DNA of 64,000 nucleotides from contig OX597819.1 in the NCBI GenBank assembly GCA_951406725.2, forward strand, positions 38,068,001 to 38,132,000, read 5' to 3'. Position numbers and translations under genes: made by a program. The notes beneath the pieces are model-generated. The model saw nothing but the letters and a program-made list of their open reading frames with translations, had not been told where the DNA came from and searched no databases. The stretch is from Octopus vulgaris. Lineage: Eukaryota. Below are positions 42,000-53,482 of this stretch, in pieces; the first letter of the stretch is position 1; each line of letters begins with the position of its first letter.

Positions 42000-42618
42000 T
42001 ATATATATATATACATATAAATTTGACATGGGCAAATCTTGGGATTCATGGTCAAACAGCCAGGTGGAATTGCGCAAAAAAATTACACAGATGTTTAGAA
42101 TGATCCAGTGGTGATGCTGGGCTTTATATTTTTTTCATAGCTCCCATGGTTACCGAGATAATTTACTATAATAATACTCTTGTGTTTATGAATGAGAAAG
42201 GAAGGGGTGATAGATGAATAAGGAAGGAAGGGGTGATGTCATACTTGGCAGAGTATGCTGAAAAAATAAATCAAACAGCATTTCAACTCTGTGTGAATAT
42301 ATCTGTGTATGTAAAAAGAAGGGGGTATGTAAATGTGCGTGCGTGTGTGTGTATGTGTGCATGTGTACGTGCAGTAGAAGTGGGATGGTTCATGTTTGTT
42401 TGCTTAGTATTTGGTTTTATTTTTTTTTGATTTGGATGAATCTTGGTTGGGTCTTTTTCTTTTTCTTGGTCAGTTATTTTTAACATTTTGATAGAAAAAA
42501 GTCATTCTAAAGTTGTTTTTTAATGAAAGCGTGCCCAAACAAGTCGAATGCTTACACAGAACAGGTTTTACAGCCACATCATCCAAACTGACCGGGTGAA
42601 ACCGGGCTTAGCTGCTAG
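42000..42618 (+). mobile_element. Helitron-like element (5' boundary uncertain)
   Basis: 3' hairpin-like CCGGGTGAAACCGGG followed by CTGCTAG|T, as in the other two. Confidence 0.5.
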
Positions 42619-44321
42619 TATATATCATCATCATCATCATCATCATCATTTAGCGTCCGTTTTCCATGCAAGTATGGGTTGGACGGTTCAACTGGGGTCT
42701 GTGAAGCTGGAAGGCTTCATCAGGCCCAGTCAGATCTGGCAGTGTTTCTACGGCTGGATACCCTTCCTAACGCCAACCACTCCGTGAGTGTAGTGGGTGC
42801 TTTTTACGTGCCACCCGCATAGGTGCCAGATAGAGCTGGCAAACGGCCACGAACGGATGGTGCTTTTACGTGTCACCAGCACGGGGGCCAGGCGAGGCTG
42901 GCAACGGACACGAACGGATGGTGCTTTTACATGCCACCAACATGGGGGCCAGACAGAGCTGGCAAATGGCCATGAAACGGATGGTGCTTTTACGTGTCAC
43001 CGGCACGGGGGCCAGGCAAGGCTGGCAATGGACACGAACGGATGGTGCTTTTACGTGCCACCGACACGGGCACCAGACAGGGCTGGCAAACGGCCACGAA
43101 CGGATGGTGCTTTTACATATATATATATATATGTATTATATGATCCTTAATGGAACTCACAAGAAAAATCAATAAGACAAAGTGTGACAAGGCTGGACCT
43201 GTGAATTTCCGTGTATAAACTGGTCTTCTACTTTAGAAAATTTACATCTTGTAGATGCTTGAGACATTGATTTCTATAGAAACCTTTTATTGTAGAGCAG
43301 TCTACTGGAAATATGTTCATTGTCTGTGTTTCATCATCAATAATTATGAAAGTAAATAATTAATAGTCAATAGCATGAAGTATCTTCTCATCAAACTAAT
43401 CATCAACTTAATATCATTTTCATTATAATAATAAAAAGAATAAGATTTTTTTTCATTTATCTTTGAAGATTAATTCATTGTTAATTTAATTCATTTTCTT
43501 TGGGTTTTTTTAAATCACTTTTTTATATCTTCTTGTTTGCTAACATGTCATGATGTGCTGGAGCTTAAACTAATTTCCCTCTCTGTCTTTTATTAGATCT
43601 GGATATTGAGAGATGTGTGTGTGTGTGTGTATGTGTATGTGTGGCTCTGTGTGCATGTGTATGTGTGTCCATCCTTATATGTAACATAAATGATGTGAAC
43701 ATGCAATAAGTTTTTTTTTTTGTTCTTTCTCAAGCCATTCCTGGCTCATAAGGGCTGGGTTCCCGTTTTCTGTGGCGTATAGGTTCCCTACCTGAACGGG
43801 ACGCCGGTCCGTCGCAGGTGAGCTGCAAGTAGCAGGAGGAAAGAGTGAGAGAAAGCTGTGGCGAAGGAGTCAGCAGAAGTTCGCCCTTACCTTCTGCCGG
43901 AGCCGCATGGAGCTTAGGTGTTTCGCTCATAAACACACACATCGCCCGGTCTGAGATTTGAAACCGCGATCCCCCGACCGCGAATCCACTGCTCTAACCA
44001 TTAGGCCATGTGCCTCCATGAACATGTAATAACCAGAAGTTAAAAACAGATTGCATTCTGGAACATTGGGAATTTTACCCAAATGGATAAAGTCAGAAAT
44101 CTCAAGAGAAAAGGTGTTGTCAATTTAACTAAATCATAGTATATTCTTGGTACTTACTTTATCAACTCAGGAGAAATGAAAAGTAAAGTAGTCCCTGTTT
44201 GGACTCAAAATATAAAAGGATAAGAGTGAATACAACATTGATTTGAAACTGGTAATCTGCCTGTTTCACTACTCTACCACATTAATAAAAATATTAATAT
44301 TAGTAAACTGTGAAGGGTATA

Positions 44322-44707
44322 GGCGCAGGAGTGGCTGTGTGGTAAGTAGCTTGCTTACCAACCACATGATTCCGGGTTCAGTCCCACTGCGTAGCATCTT
44401 GGGCAAGTGTCTTCGGCTATAGCCCCGGGCCGACCAATGCCTTGTGAGTGGATTTGGTAGACAGAAACTGAAAGAAGCCTGTCGTATATATGTATATATA
44501 TACGTGTGTGTGTGTGTTTGTCTCCCTAGCATTGCTTGACAACTGATGCTGGTGTGTTTACGTCCCTGTCACTTAGCAGTTCGGCAAAAGAGACCGATAG
44601 AATAAGTACTGGGCTTACAAAGAATAAGTCCCGGGGTCGATTTGCTCGACTAAAGGCGGTGCTCCAGCATGGCCGCAGTCAAATGACTGAAACAAGTAAA
44701 AGAGTAA
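44322..44707 (+). mobile_element. SINE family B (tRNA-like head, CORE-like CTTGGGCAAGTG, internal microsatellite)
   Basis: Near-identical copies at 23073-23478, 44782-45191 (minus) and 60765-61140. Confidence 0.88.
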
Positions 44708-44781
44708 GGGTGATGGATTGGCAGCACAATTTTTGTTTTTGTTTTTGTAACAGAAAAAAAAACAACCAAAAAGGTTGTAAC

Positions 44782-45191
44782 CTCTTTTACTCTTTTACTT
44801 GTTTCAGTCATTTGACTGAGGCCATGCTGGAGCAACACCTTTTAGTCGAGCAAACTGACCCCAGGACTTATTCTTTGTAAGCCTAGTACTTATTCTGTCG
44901 GTCTCTTTTGCCGAACCGCAAAGTTACGGGGATGTAAACACACCAGCATCGGTTGTCAAGTGATGTTGAAGGGGACGAACACAGACACACAAACATATAC
45001 ACACACACATACATATATATATATTACATATATACGACGGGCTTCTTTCAGTTTCCATCATCAAATCCACTCACAAGGCTTTGGTCGGCCTAAGGTTATA
45101 GTAAAAGGCACTTGCCCAAAGTGCCACTCAGTGGGACTGAACCCGGAACCATGTGGTTTGTAAGCAAGCCACTTACCACACAGCCACTCCT
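44782..45191 (-). mobile_element. SINE family B, inverted partner of the 44322 copy
   Basis: Reverse-complement homologous to 44322-44707. Confidence 0.88.
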
Positions 45192-45360
45192 AACCATTTA
45201 TGTTCTGAGTTCAAATCCTGCTGAGGGCGACTTTACCTTTTGTTCTTCAGGAATTGATAAAACAAACACCTGTCAAGTACCATGTGAATATAACCAATTA
45301 AATCCTCTCCATCTGCGGCCTTCTCCCAATATTAGAAATCTATGTTAGTGAATTGCTTAC

Positions 45361-45472
45361 CATTAATTTCATTTTGGATATTTGTAGGTAAATTCATGAG
45401 ACAATGTTGAAGGGCAAATCTAATAATTGTTTCTTTTTCCAGTTCTTCATGAAAGTGAAACCGCTGGTTGTC
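45361..45472 (-). CDS. CCDC175: Exon 3 (DNQRFHFHEELEKETIIRFALQHCLMNLPTNIQNEIN), phase 0 to 1
   Basis: Acceptor TTTCAG, donor GTAAGC, 112 nt. LPTNIQNEIN resembles the recalled CCDC175 segment LPNSIKRELE. Confidence 0.85.
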
Positions 45473-46459
45473 CTGAAATTAATTGTAATATTTGTAACAA
45501 TATTGTTTGAAGTATTTCATCATTAAATATATAATTTACTCAAAATTCAGTTCTGCTATTGAAATGTGCTTGTGAGTAAATTTAAAGATTTTTATAACAT
45601 GTGCAAAAAATAGATATTAAATGTGGATATTCCATACACCTTCTTTTTTCGTCTTTGATTTAAAGTGCAAACTTCCAAGCCCACTTCATCTTAACTTAAT
45701 CTAGAATGGATTAAGGCGGCAAGCTGGAAGAATCATTAGCATACTGGACAAAATTCTCAGTGGCATTTCATCCATCATTACATACTTTTGGCCTGTAACA
45801 GTGGCATTTAAATATACTAGCTTTTTCAAGTAAATATACTAGCTTTTCACTCATTTTGATGAAGATTATTTTGTATAGATGAGAAATTTTTACCTTTGAA
45901 GATAGATCCAGAAAGATGATAGAAATCCAGAAAGAAAATAGTAAATTTTCTGTTAACACTTATGTAGGCTTTAAGAAATGAAATTTCTATTTCTCAAAAA
46001 TAGAAAAAAAAATTTCTATTTCTCAAAAATGAAAAAGAAAGAAATGTAATCAGCTTTTTACTTAGGTCCATTTCTACTTTGTGGTACCATGGGCAGGTGC
46101 CATCTGTTATTGCCTAGGGTGACCAATAATTTGTGATTGGAATTCCACTCACTCACTTATTCATGCTCTTACTCAATGGGGCTGAGGTCATCCTAGGTTA
46201 ATGGTCCCAGAAGCGACATCATGCATAGATCCAACTAGCCCCTCTGCATCCTCCAAGATGATGTTGAGCTTCTGGAGATCATCATAAGTTAACTTCTTGT
46301 TATTTGAGGGCATGCAGGGATCTGCTCCAATGTTGGGCAGTTCGGTTTCTTCCCATTGATGTTGTAACAAGTTGAAGGTTCTCCTGGGTAGGTTGTTGGC
46401 CCTCTGCAGAATAGTCAGATGATGGGATTGCCATATTTGGCAATAAGCTGATGTACCAT

Positions 46460-46600
46460 TAGGTGCATTAGGTTACCATTAGTCTGGAACCTCCCTCGGA
46501 GACCAGCTAGCCTGGGGTGCCCTATCGGGAGCAAAGCTCCAGATGGTAGTTCTCCTTGGATCTATGGAACATGCAAACCCCCTTGCCACAAGGCCAGACC
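46460..46600 (-). mobile_element. Probable RTE/Expander-like 5' UTR fragment
   Basis: Resembles, from memory, RTE 5' UTR sequence (CCTTGTGGCAAGGGGGTTTG...GAGGGAGGTTCCAGAC). Confidence 0.4.
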
Positions 46601-47579
46601 CAGGAGAGAATTGAAATTTGGTAGACAAAAAATAAATATAGAAACCCATCATGTGTGTGTGTGTGTACACACGTGCACATACTCCTGTGCCTTAAGATTA
46701 TCTCCCGTTCACATTTGGTATTGTCACAATTACCATAAGGTAAAATTTATTCTTCTCTTGAAGGGAAGATAATTGCAATAGATCTAGAATTTATCTTGAA
46801 TGGTGTTTGATATACCTATATTCAAATTTTATTGCCCATGTTCATGTCAATGGCCTATTTGAATTATTTCTTTTCACTCATTTTCGTTTAAATTGTGCAG
46901 CTAGCCCTCATCATCATCATCATCATCATTTAGCGTCCGTTTTCCATGCTAGCATGGGTTGGACGGTTCTGCTGGGGTCTGTGAAGCCAGAAGGCTTCAT
47001 CAGGCCCAGTCAAATCTGGCAGTGTTTCTACGGCTGGATGCCCTTCCTAACGCCAACCACTCCGTGAGTGTAGTGGGTGCTTTTTACGTGCCACCCGCAC
47101 TGGTGCCAGACAGAGCTGGCAAACGGCCACGAACAGATGGTGCTTTTTATGTGCCACCGGCACGAGGGCCAGGCGAGGCTGGCAACGGACACGAAACGGG
47201 GCGGTGCTGGCAAAGGCCATAAAAATGTTCCATGTATTTATTTCTCGGTATTTTAGCACATGGAGTCAAAGTTGGACAACTGCTCTACTGATGATACCCA
47301 CTGAGGTAGAAACGTGTCCACAACTGTCCCCTTATGTACAGATAATCAGATTATCTTTCCCTTAATGGCATGTCAATATCAGGGAATTATTCATTCTTGA
47401 AGTTATCTCCCTTCCTCATATATAACTATGTATGTATGTTTCATGCTTGTATGTATGCATGAATGCATATATGTGTGAATGCACATACACACACATACAC
47501 ACACACTTGCATATATACGCATATGTATATGTATGTATATGCATATATATATATATATGGGGTTAAGTATCGACATCCT

Positions 47580-47636
<57 letters not shown>

Positions 47637-47664
47637 GCATGTTTGTATATATATATGCATGTGT

Positions 47665-48589
47665 CATCATCATCATCATCATCATCATCATTTAGCGTCC
47701 GTTTTCCATGCTAGCATGGGTTGGACGGTTCAACTGGGGTCTGGGGAGCCCGAAGGCTGCACCAGGCCAGTCAGATCTGGCAGTGTTTCTACAGCTGGAT
47801 GCCCTTCCTAACGCCAACCACTCCGAGAGTGTAGTGGGTGATTTTATGTGCCACCGACACAGGTGCCAGACGAGGCTGGCGAACGGCCACGCTCGGATGG
47901 TGTTTTTATGTGCCACCGACACAGGTGCCAGACGGGGCTGGCAGACGGCCACGCTCGGATGGTGTTTTTATGTGCCACCGACACAGGTGCCAGACGAGGC
48001 TGGCAGACGGCCACGCTCGGATGGTGTTTTTATGTGCCACCGACACAGGTGCCAGATGAGGCTGGCGGACGGCCACGATCGGATGGTGTTTGTTACGTCC
48101 CCAAAGCACGGAGGCCAGTCTATGCGGTACTGGCTACGGCCACGTTCGGATGATTTTCTTGTGTGCCACCGGCACTGGTACCACAAAGATACAAATTCCA
48201 TTGATGTTCATCTATTTTGATTTGTTTTGATTTGATTTGATTTTCACTTGCCTCAACAGGTCTTCACAAGTGTCACAAGAAGGAAGGTATGCACAGGTGG
48301 ACTGACTACGTCCCAGGTAGGGGCCACGGGTTATGGCCTGACTAGTCTTGCCGGGTCTTCGGATGGTGTTTTTATGTGCCACCGACACAGGTGCCAGATG
48401 AGGCTGGCGAACGGCCACGATCGGATGGTGTTTGTTGCGTGCCCACAGCACGGAGGCCAGTCGATGCGGTACTGGCTACGGCCACGTTCGGATGGTTTTC
48501 TTGTGTGCCACCGGCACTGTACCACAAGATACAAATTCCATTGATGTTCATCTATTTTGATTTGATTTTCACTTGCCTCAACAGGTCTT

Positions 48590-48593
<4 letters not shown>
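47665..48593 (-). mobile_element. RTE-LINE 3' end / related non-autonomous element with (GAT)n tail and 62-bp minisatellite
   Basis: Conserved GGCGTTAGGAAGGGCATCCAGC core and GGACGYTAAA(C/T)GATGAT tail. Related copies at about 4370-4715, 6530-6885, 8185-8390, 14762-15137, 20120-20400, 25670-26100, 34520-34997, 42624-43116, 46908-47220 and 54509-55040. Confidence 0.8.
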
Positions 48594-48653
<60 letters not shown>

Positions 48654-50191
48654 TATATATGTATATATATATATATATAAGAGAGAGAGAGAGAGATAGA
48701 TAGATAGATAGATAGATAGCTATGTATGTATGTGTATATACACAACTTTAATAGTTAGATCCATTCTATATTTCCCTTCAAGTATGACCCTCACCACAGA
48801 AGAAGGACTCAACACACACTTCTCGATCATACATAGTGAATTTTAACACATACTAGTATACCATCAAACACATGCACTATGACCACACACACACACACGT
48901 ATGTAATTCTTTTTTGCATTTTTTTTTTTTTTGCTCTGTACTAAAACATTTTGTTCTATGCAGTGAAATTCTTATTGGTTCGGTAAGTCTTTGCAAAGGT
49001 AAAGACAACTTTTGCCTATGACTTATTGATCTTAGCATGGAATGAGAAGTTACTGCCATTGATAACTGAGCCAAATTTTCTAAATTATTGGACAGCTTCC
49101 AGCTTGTAGTTGCCTATATGTAATGGTTGGGGTTAAGTATCGACATCCTAACATTTCTCGTCTGGTTTATTACCAAGCCGATTTACAGACTTGTCTTTCA
49201 TTACTCTGTGATTGATAGAATAAGGACCAGTACTGTAGTCAATTTGACTACAGTTCCTCCCAAAATAAAAACAGCTTAATTAAGAGAAATCGCTTGTGTC
49301 TAAGTCCACACTTTTGTTATTAATTTATTAGACTAATTATTAAAATATTTTGCACAAGTATAACTGTTCAATTTTCATTTTTTCCTTTATTTATTTATTT
49401 ATTTATTTATGGTCCAAATCCCACCTAAATCACTTATACCTTTGAACCCTTCAGGATTGGTAAAACAAATGTGAAGCCATATACCGGAGTTGATTTAACT
49501 GACTGACACCTTCCCCTCTAATTTTAGACTTTGTGTGCCTATGTAAGAAACTACTACTACTACCACCACCACCACCACCACCACCACCACCATCACCATC
49601 ACCACCACCACCACCACCACTACTACTACTACTGCATAATCAGGAAGAAAAGCTGAGTTCATAGCCTTATAACCTCTTGCAGGGCACCTTGAGACTGGTG
49701 GAAGAAAGAGTGAAATTATTCCCAGATCAGAGACAAAGACTGGATAGTTACAATAGAGAGATCTCTGGTAAGAAAAGAAAAAAAAATCCTGGTTCTAGGT
49801 GGGTGGAATTAAGCCAGATGACAAATTATAAGTTTCTAAGACTGGTGGGTAGAAGATATGCTTGAACCAGCGACCTGACCTCAATGTTTGCAACACAGGG
49901 GATTCCACTAAGATCACCCAAGAGTTAGGTGATGGCATTAAATCAAACAACAGATTAAGTTGATTGGTAGCGTTAAACCCAGTAATCATGACCATTTTCA
50001 GGACCTCCAGTAACTGGTACAAGGAAATGAGAAAGCTATCCTCAGATTGAAGATCCAGTCTGGCCTGAAAGCTGAATTTTTGCAACAGAGAGGACTCCAC
50101 TAATATGCCCAACAATCAGATGATGGTGCTAAACCGTCAATGAATTAAGTCTACCACCCAATTACATTAGGAATAGTTGAAATCTACTTAC

Positions 50192-50271
50192 CAAAGTTTG
50201 AATACAATTTGTAATTAAGGGAATTTTCTCGACAGCATTTTCATCATTTGTGCCTTCTTTGATAACATTGT
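50192..50271 (-). CDS. CCDC175: Exon 2 (DNVIKEGTNDENAVEKIPLITNCIQTL), phase 1 to 0
   Basis: Acceptor TTTTAATAG, donor GTAAGT, 80 nt, open in the frame set by exon 1. Confidence 0.8.
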
Positions 50272-51760
50272 CTATTAAAAACAAGAATATAATATTATAA
50301 ATTTCTAATTTTTTTTTTTATTTCCAATAAAAATATGTTTTAAATAACAATAATTCTGTTTAACTACAAATTAATTCTTTATAAAGCTTTAGGTAATATC
50401 AGCCATAGTAGCAAAATAAAGAAAAAAATTCAAATTAAATAGGGAGAAAGAAAAGAAAGAAAGAACATCATGCAGCCCCAAGTGCTTCAATTGGTCACAC
50501 AACACAAAGTTCAATGGAACCTACTGGAGCAAGTCAGCACACTCGCGGTATTACCACGGGCAACGGTGAAGCTAACGCATTGGAAAAGCCAAGCACCCTC
50601 ATGGGTATCATCTGACACCTTGGTGAGGTGAGCTGCCAATGATGACAAGAACTTCACCATTAGTGGCCCTGTCCCTCCAAACATCTAGCAGGTTGAAAGA
50701 GATAATCTAATTATTCTAATGTTGCTGAAGAATGTTGAAAATACTTCACCAAAGCAAGTTCTTTAGATCAGTTGCCCTCATAAGTCCATATAAGATTTTG
50801 TTGTTAAGTTTATGAACAATAAATTTGTTACACTTCTACAGAGCACAAAATGTTTTAACAGTCTTTTTATTCAATTCCTTATAGTATTGAATTATAAAAA
50901 TATAATAGGATTTTTTTTTGTTAAGAAATGGGTCCAGTAGAGTAAAATAGGAATCAAAGGGGTTCATAAGAAAAAAATGGTTGAGAACCACTACTTTAGA
51001 TAAAAATAATGATAAGCTTGACATCATAAGAATTTAAAGCTTTCAAGAGAACATGAAACAATTCTTTTTGAAACAGTGGGTCTCAAAGTTCATAAAGTTA
51101 TAGAAAATAGCATACAAATGTTGGGCTGAAAATTTCTTTTGGATAGGAAAATTCGAAGGCTGACAATGGCACTTAAACCCACATCTCCTGTAGTCATAAC
51201 AAATTTCTGCCATTGTACCAAAGATGTCGTGACTACAAGAGATGTGGGTTCAAACCCCATGGCCAGCTTTTGACATTTTCTAGCTAAAAGGGTTTCACAA
51301 CTCAATATTTACATGCTATTATCGATTTTATGTGCTTTGAGATCTACAGTCCCCAAAATATCTATTTAATGATAAGATATTATACTGTGCTTTTAAAGAA
51401 TGACAAATGTAATATTGTGCTTTTATAAAGTACAATAGACCAATGGTTCATTTGGTAAAATAATAAAAGAATAGTAATTATTATAATTACCAGTTTTAAA
51501 TTACTATAGAAGATAATTGCAAATAATTCATCAAACAGGATGGTGAGCAAGTAAATACATGAGGTCGAGAAAACCCTTTAGTCATGTTAAAGACCTGGTT
51601 ACCTCTTTTCACTACACTATACCCAAAATGGAAATAAAACATGGGGGAAAAGTTGTCAAAAACCATGGTGGGTGGAAAGTTAAGTGAAGAACCAAGATTT
51701 CTAACATTGGCACCAGTCAACACATTCTGTGTATGTATGTGTAAAAGTATAACCGATCAT

Positions 51761-52188
51761 GGATCTTTTTGGTTTGAACGGCAATTTTTTCTAGTGGTGT
51801 CATATGAAATTGTCACCCATAATTATGACCCTAGTATCGATCTATTGCATTTCAATCTGTTTTAAGGTTAGGATTAGGGTTAGGGTCAGGGGTGGGGGAA
51901 GGGTATCTTTTTTTCTTCACAAATGTAAATAAATTCAATCTGTTTCTTAAACGAGGGACATATTAATACGGTACAGAATGTTTTTTAACTCAATAGACGT
52001 CACTGATTGGTTGAAATTGCAGAAATTGAAGAAAAAAAGAACAAATATCTTACAAACTATAGAATTTTCTCGATAAAGCCAAGAGAAAAAGATGTTTTAT
52101 AAACACATTCTACCAGTATTCGAAGTTCAAAAGTGTTTAGTTACGTGGAAATTATTTTTAAAAACTGCCGTTCAAACCGAAAAGATCC
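51761..52188 (-). mobile_element. Same MITE, copy 4 (opposite orientation)
   Basis: Same TIRs. TSD CCGATCAT. Confidence 0.9.
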
Positions 52189-52383
52189 CCGATCATATTA
52201 ACCTTAGTACTTGATTGATGTTTATTTAATCAAACCCAAAAGAACGAAAAGTAAAGATGACCTCAGCGAAATTTGAATACAGAACGAAAAGGGACGTAAT
52301 TAAAACGGTAAAGCTTTAAATTCATTGCCCTTTTGATTCTACTATTCGTTGTCCCTTGCTAAATGTATAACAATAATTTCAAG

Positions 52384-52712
52384 TTACAGAGATGTACTTG
52401 CATAGCAAGTGACCTGATCTGAGATGGTGTGCTGGAACGAAAACAATTGCAGCGTGGAAGGGGTTTATAAGCCATTTAAGAAACACACAAAAAACCATTA
52501 GATTCACTTCAACATTTAAATTTCATTTGTCAAAATATTTTCGTCGCTTTGAGACCACAACCTGTTCACTGACAGGTCGGAATTTTGTCAGTGAACAGGT
52601 CGCAGTCTCAAAGTGACGAAAATATTTTGACAAATTAAATTTAAATGTTGAAGTGAATCTAATGGTTTTTGTGTGTTTCTTAAATGGCTTATAAACACCT
52701 TCCACGCTGCAA
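52384..52712. repeat. Long fold-back element with about 130-bp arms
   Basis: 52447-52712 is a near-perfect palindrome. It is flanked by the direct repeat CAATAATTTCAAG. Confidence 0.85.
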
Positions 52713-53082
52713 TAATTTCAAGATAAGTCGCAAAACCACAGACTTGTGGCGAGAAGTTTTTTTATATCAAATCCAGTACTTTACGTGATAACTTGTTACC
52801 AACCACGAAAGACGAAGTCCACCTCGGCGATATTTGATCCAAGTACGTAAACGACCGCATCTAAATAGGACCAAGTTACCTGACCGACTACTGATTTTGT
52901 CAACCCACCATATTTACCAGATAAATAATAATTTGTAGACATTTAAACCTGTCATATATTACGTTAAATTGTACGAATGTAGATAATAATAAATTAAAGT
53001 AAAAATATGAAAAAAAAAGTCTTTGGACTCATACATGTGTGTGCGCGCGTGCGTTGTGTGCATGTGTGTGTATGTATATATG

Positions 53083-53208
<126 letters not shown>

Positions 53209-53240
53209 ATGTATGTCTATGCATGACTTCACAAGCTTAC

Positions 53241-53391
53241 CGATCGCTCTCAGGTGGTCTAGAGTATTTATCACGTACTCTTTTTTCACTGGTATCTGGA
53301 CCGTATCTTTAACAGCTACAACATCTGTAATTGGTAATTCCGAATTTATATCGGATATTTCACAAATAGCTTCACTTGCCGTAGCCATCAT
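53241..53391 (-). CDS. CCDC175: Coding exon 1 of CCDC175-like coiled-coil gene ([50 protein letters not shown], ends phase 1)
   Basis: Non-repetitive ORF from ATG 53391. Donor G|GTAAGC at 53240. 151 nt = 50 codons + 1, which matches the phase of exon 2. The symbol rests on recalled similarity of the spliced protein, not on a search. Confidence 0.8.
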
Positions 53392-53451
53392 TGTGAAAGA
53401 CTGATAAAACTTACTCTTTAATTGATTGCGTGAGTGTGCTTAGGTGCGTTC

Positions 53452-53482
53452 GTTGCTATGGCGAATAATTAAGGTTGCTATG
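53452..53482. promoter_or_regulatory. Two RFX X-box-like motifs (GTTGCTATGGCGAA; GTTGCTATG) about 60-90 bp upstream of the ATG
   Basis: The first is close to the X-box consensus GTTGCYATGGCAAC and the second is a half-site. Both lie in a CpG-retaining stretch directly 5' of exon 1. Confidence 0.6.

Noticed and set aside
47842-48100. CRISPR-like regularly spaced repeats (also 42795-43116 and 25672-25890)
   Set aside because: The whole units repeat with no unique spacers, there are no cas genes, and the arrays sit inside a dispersed eukaryotic retro-repeat.
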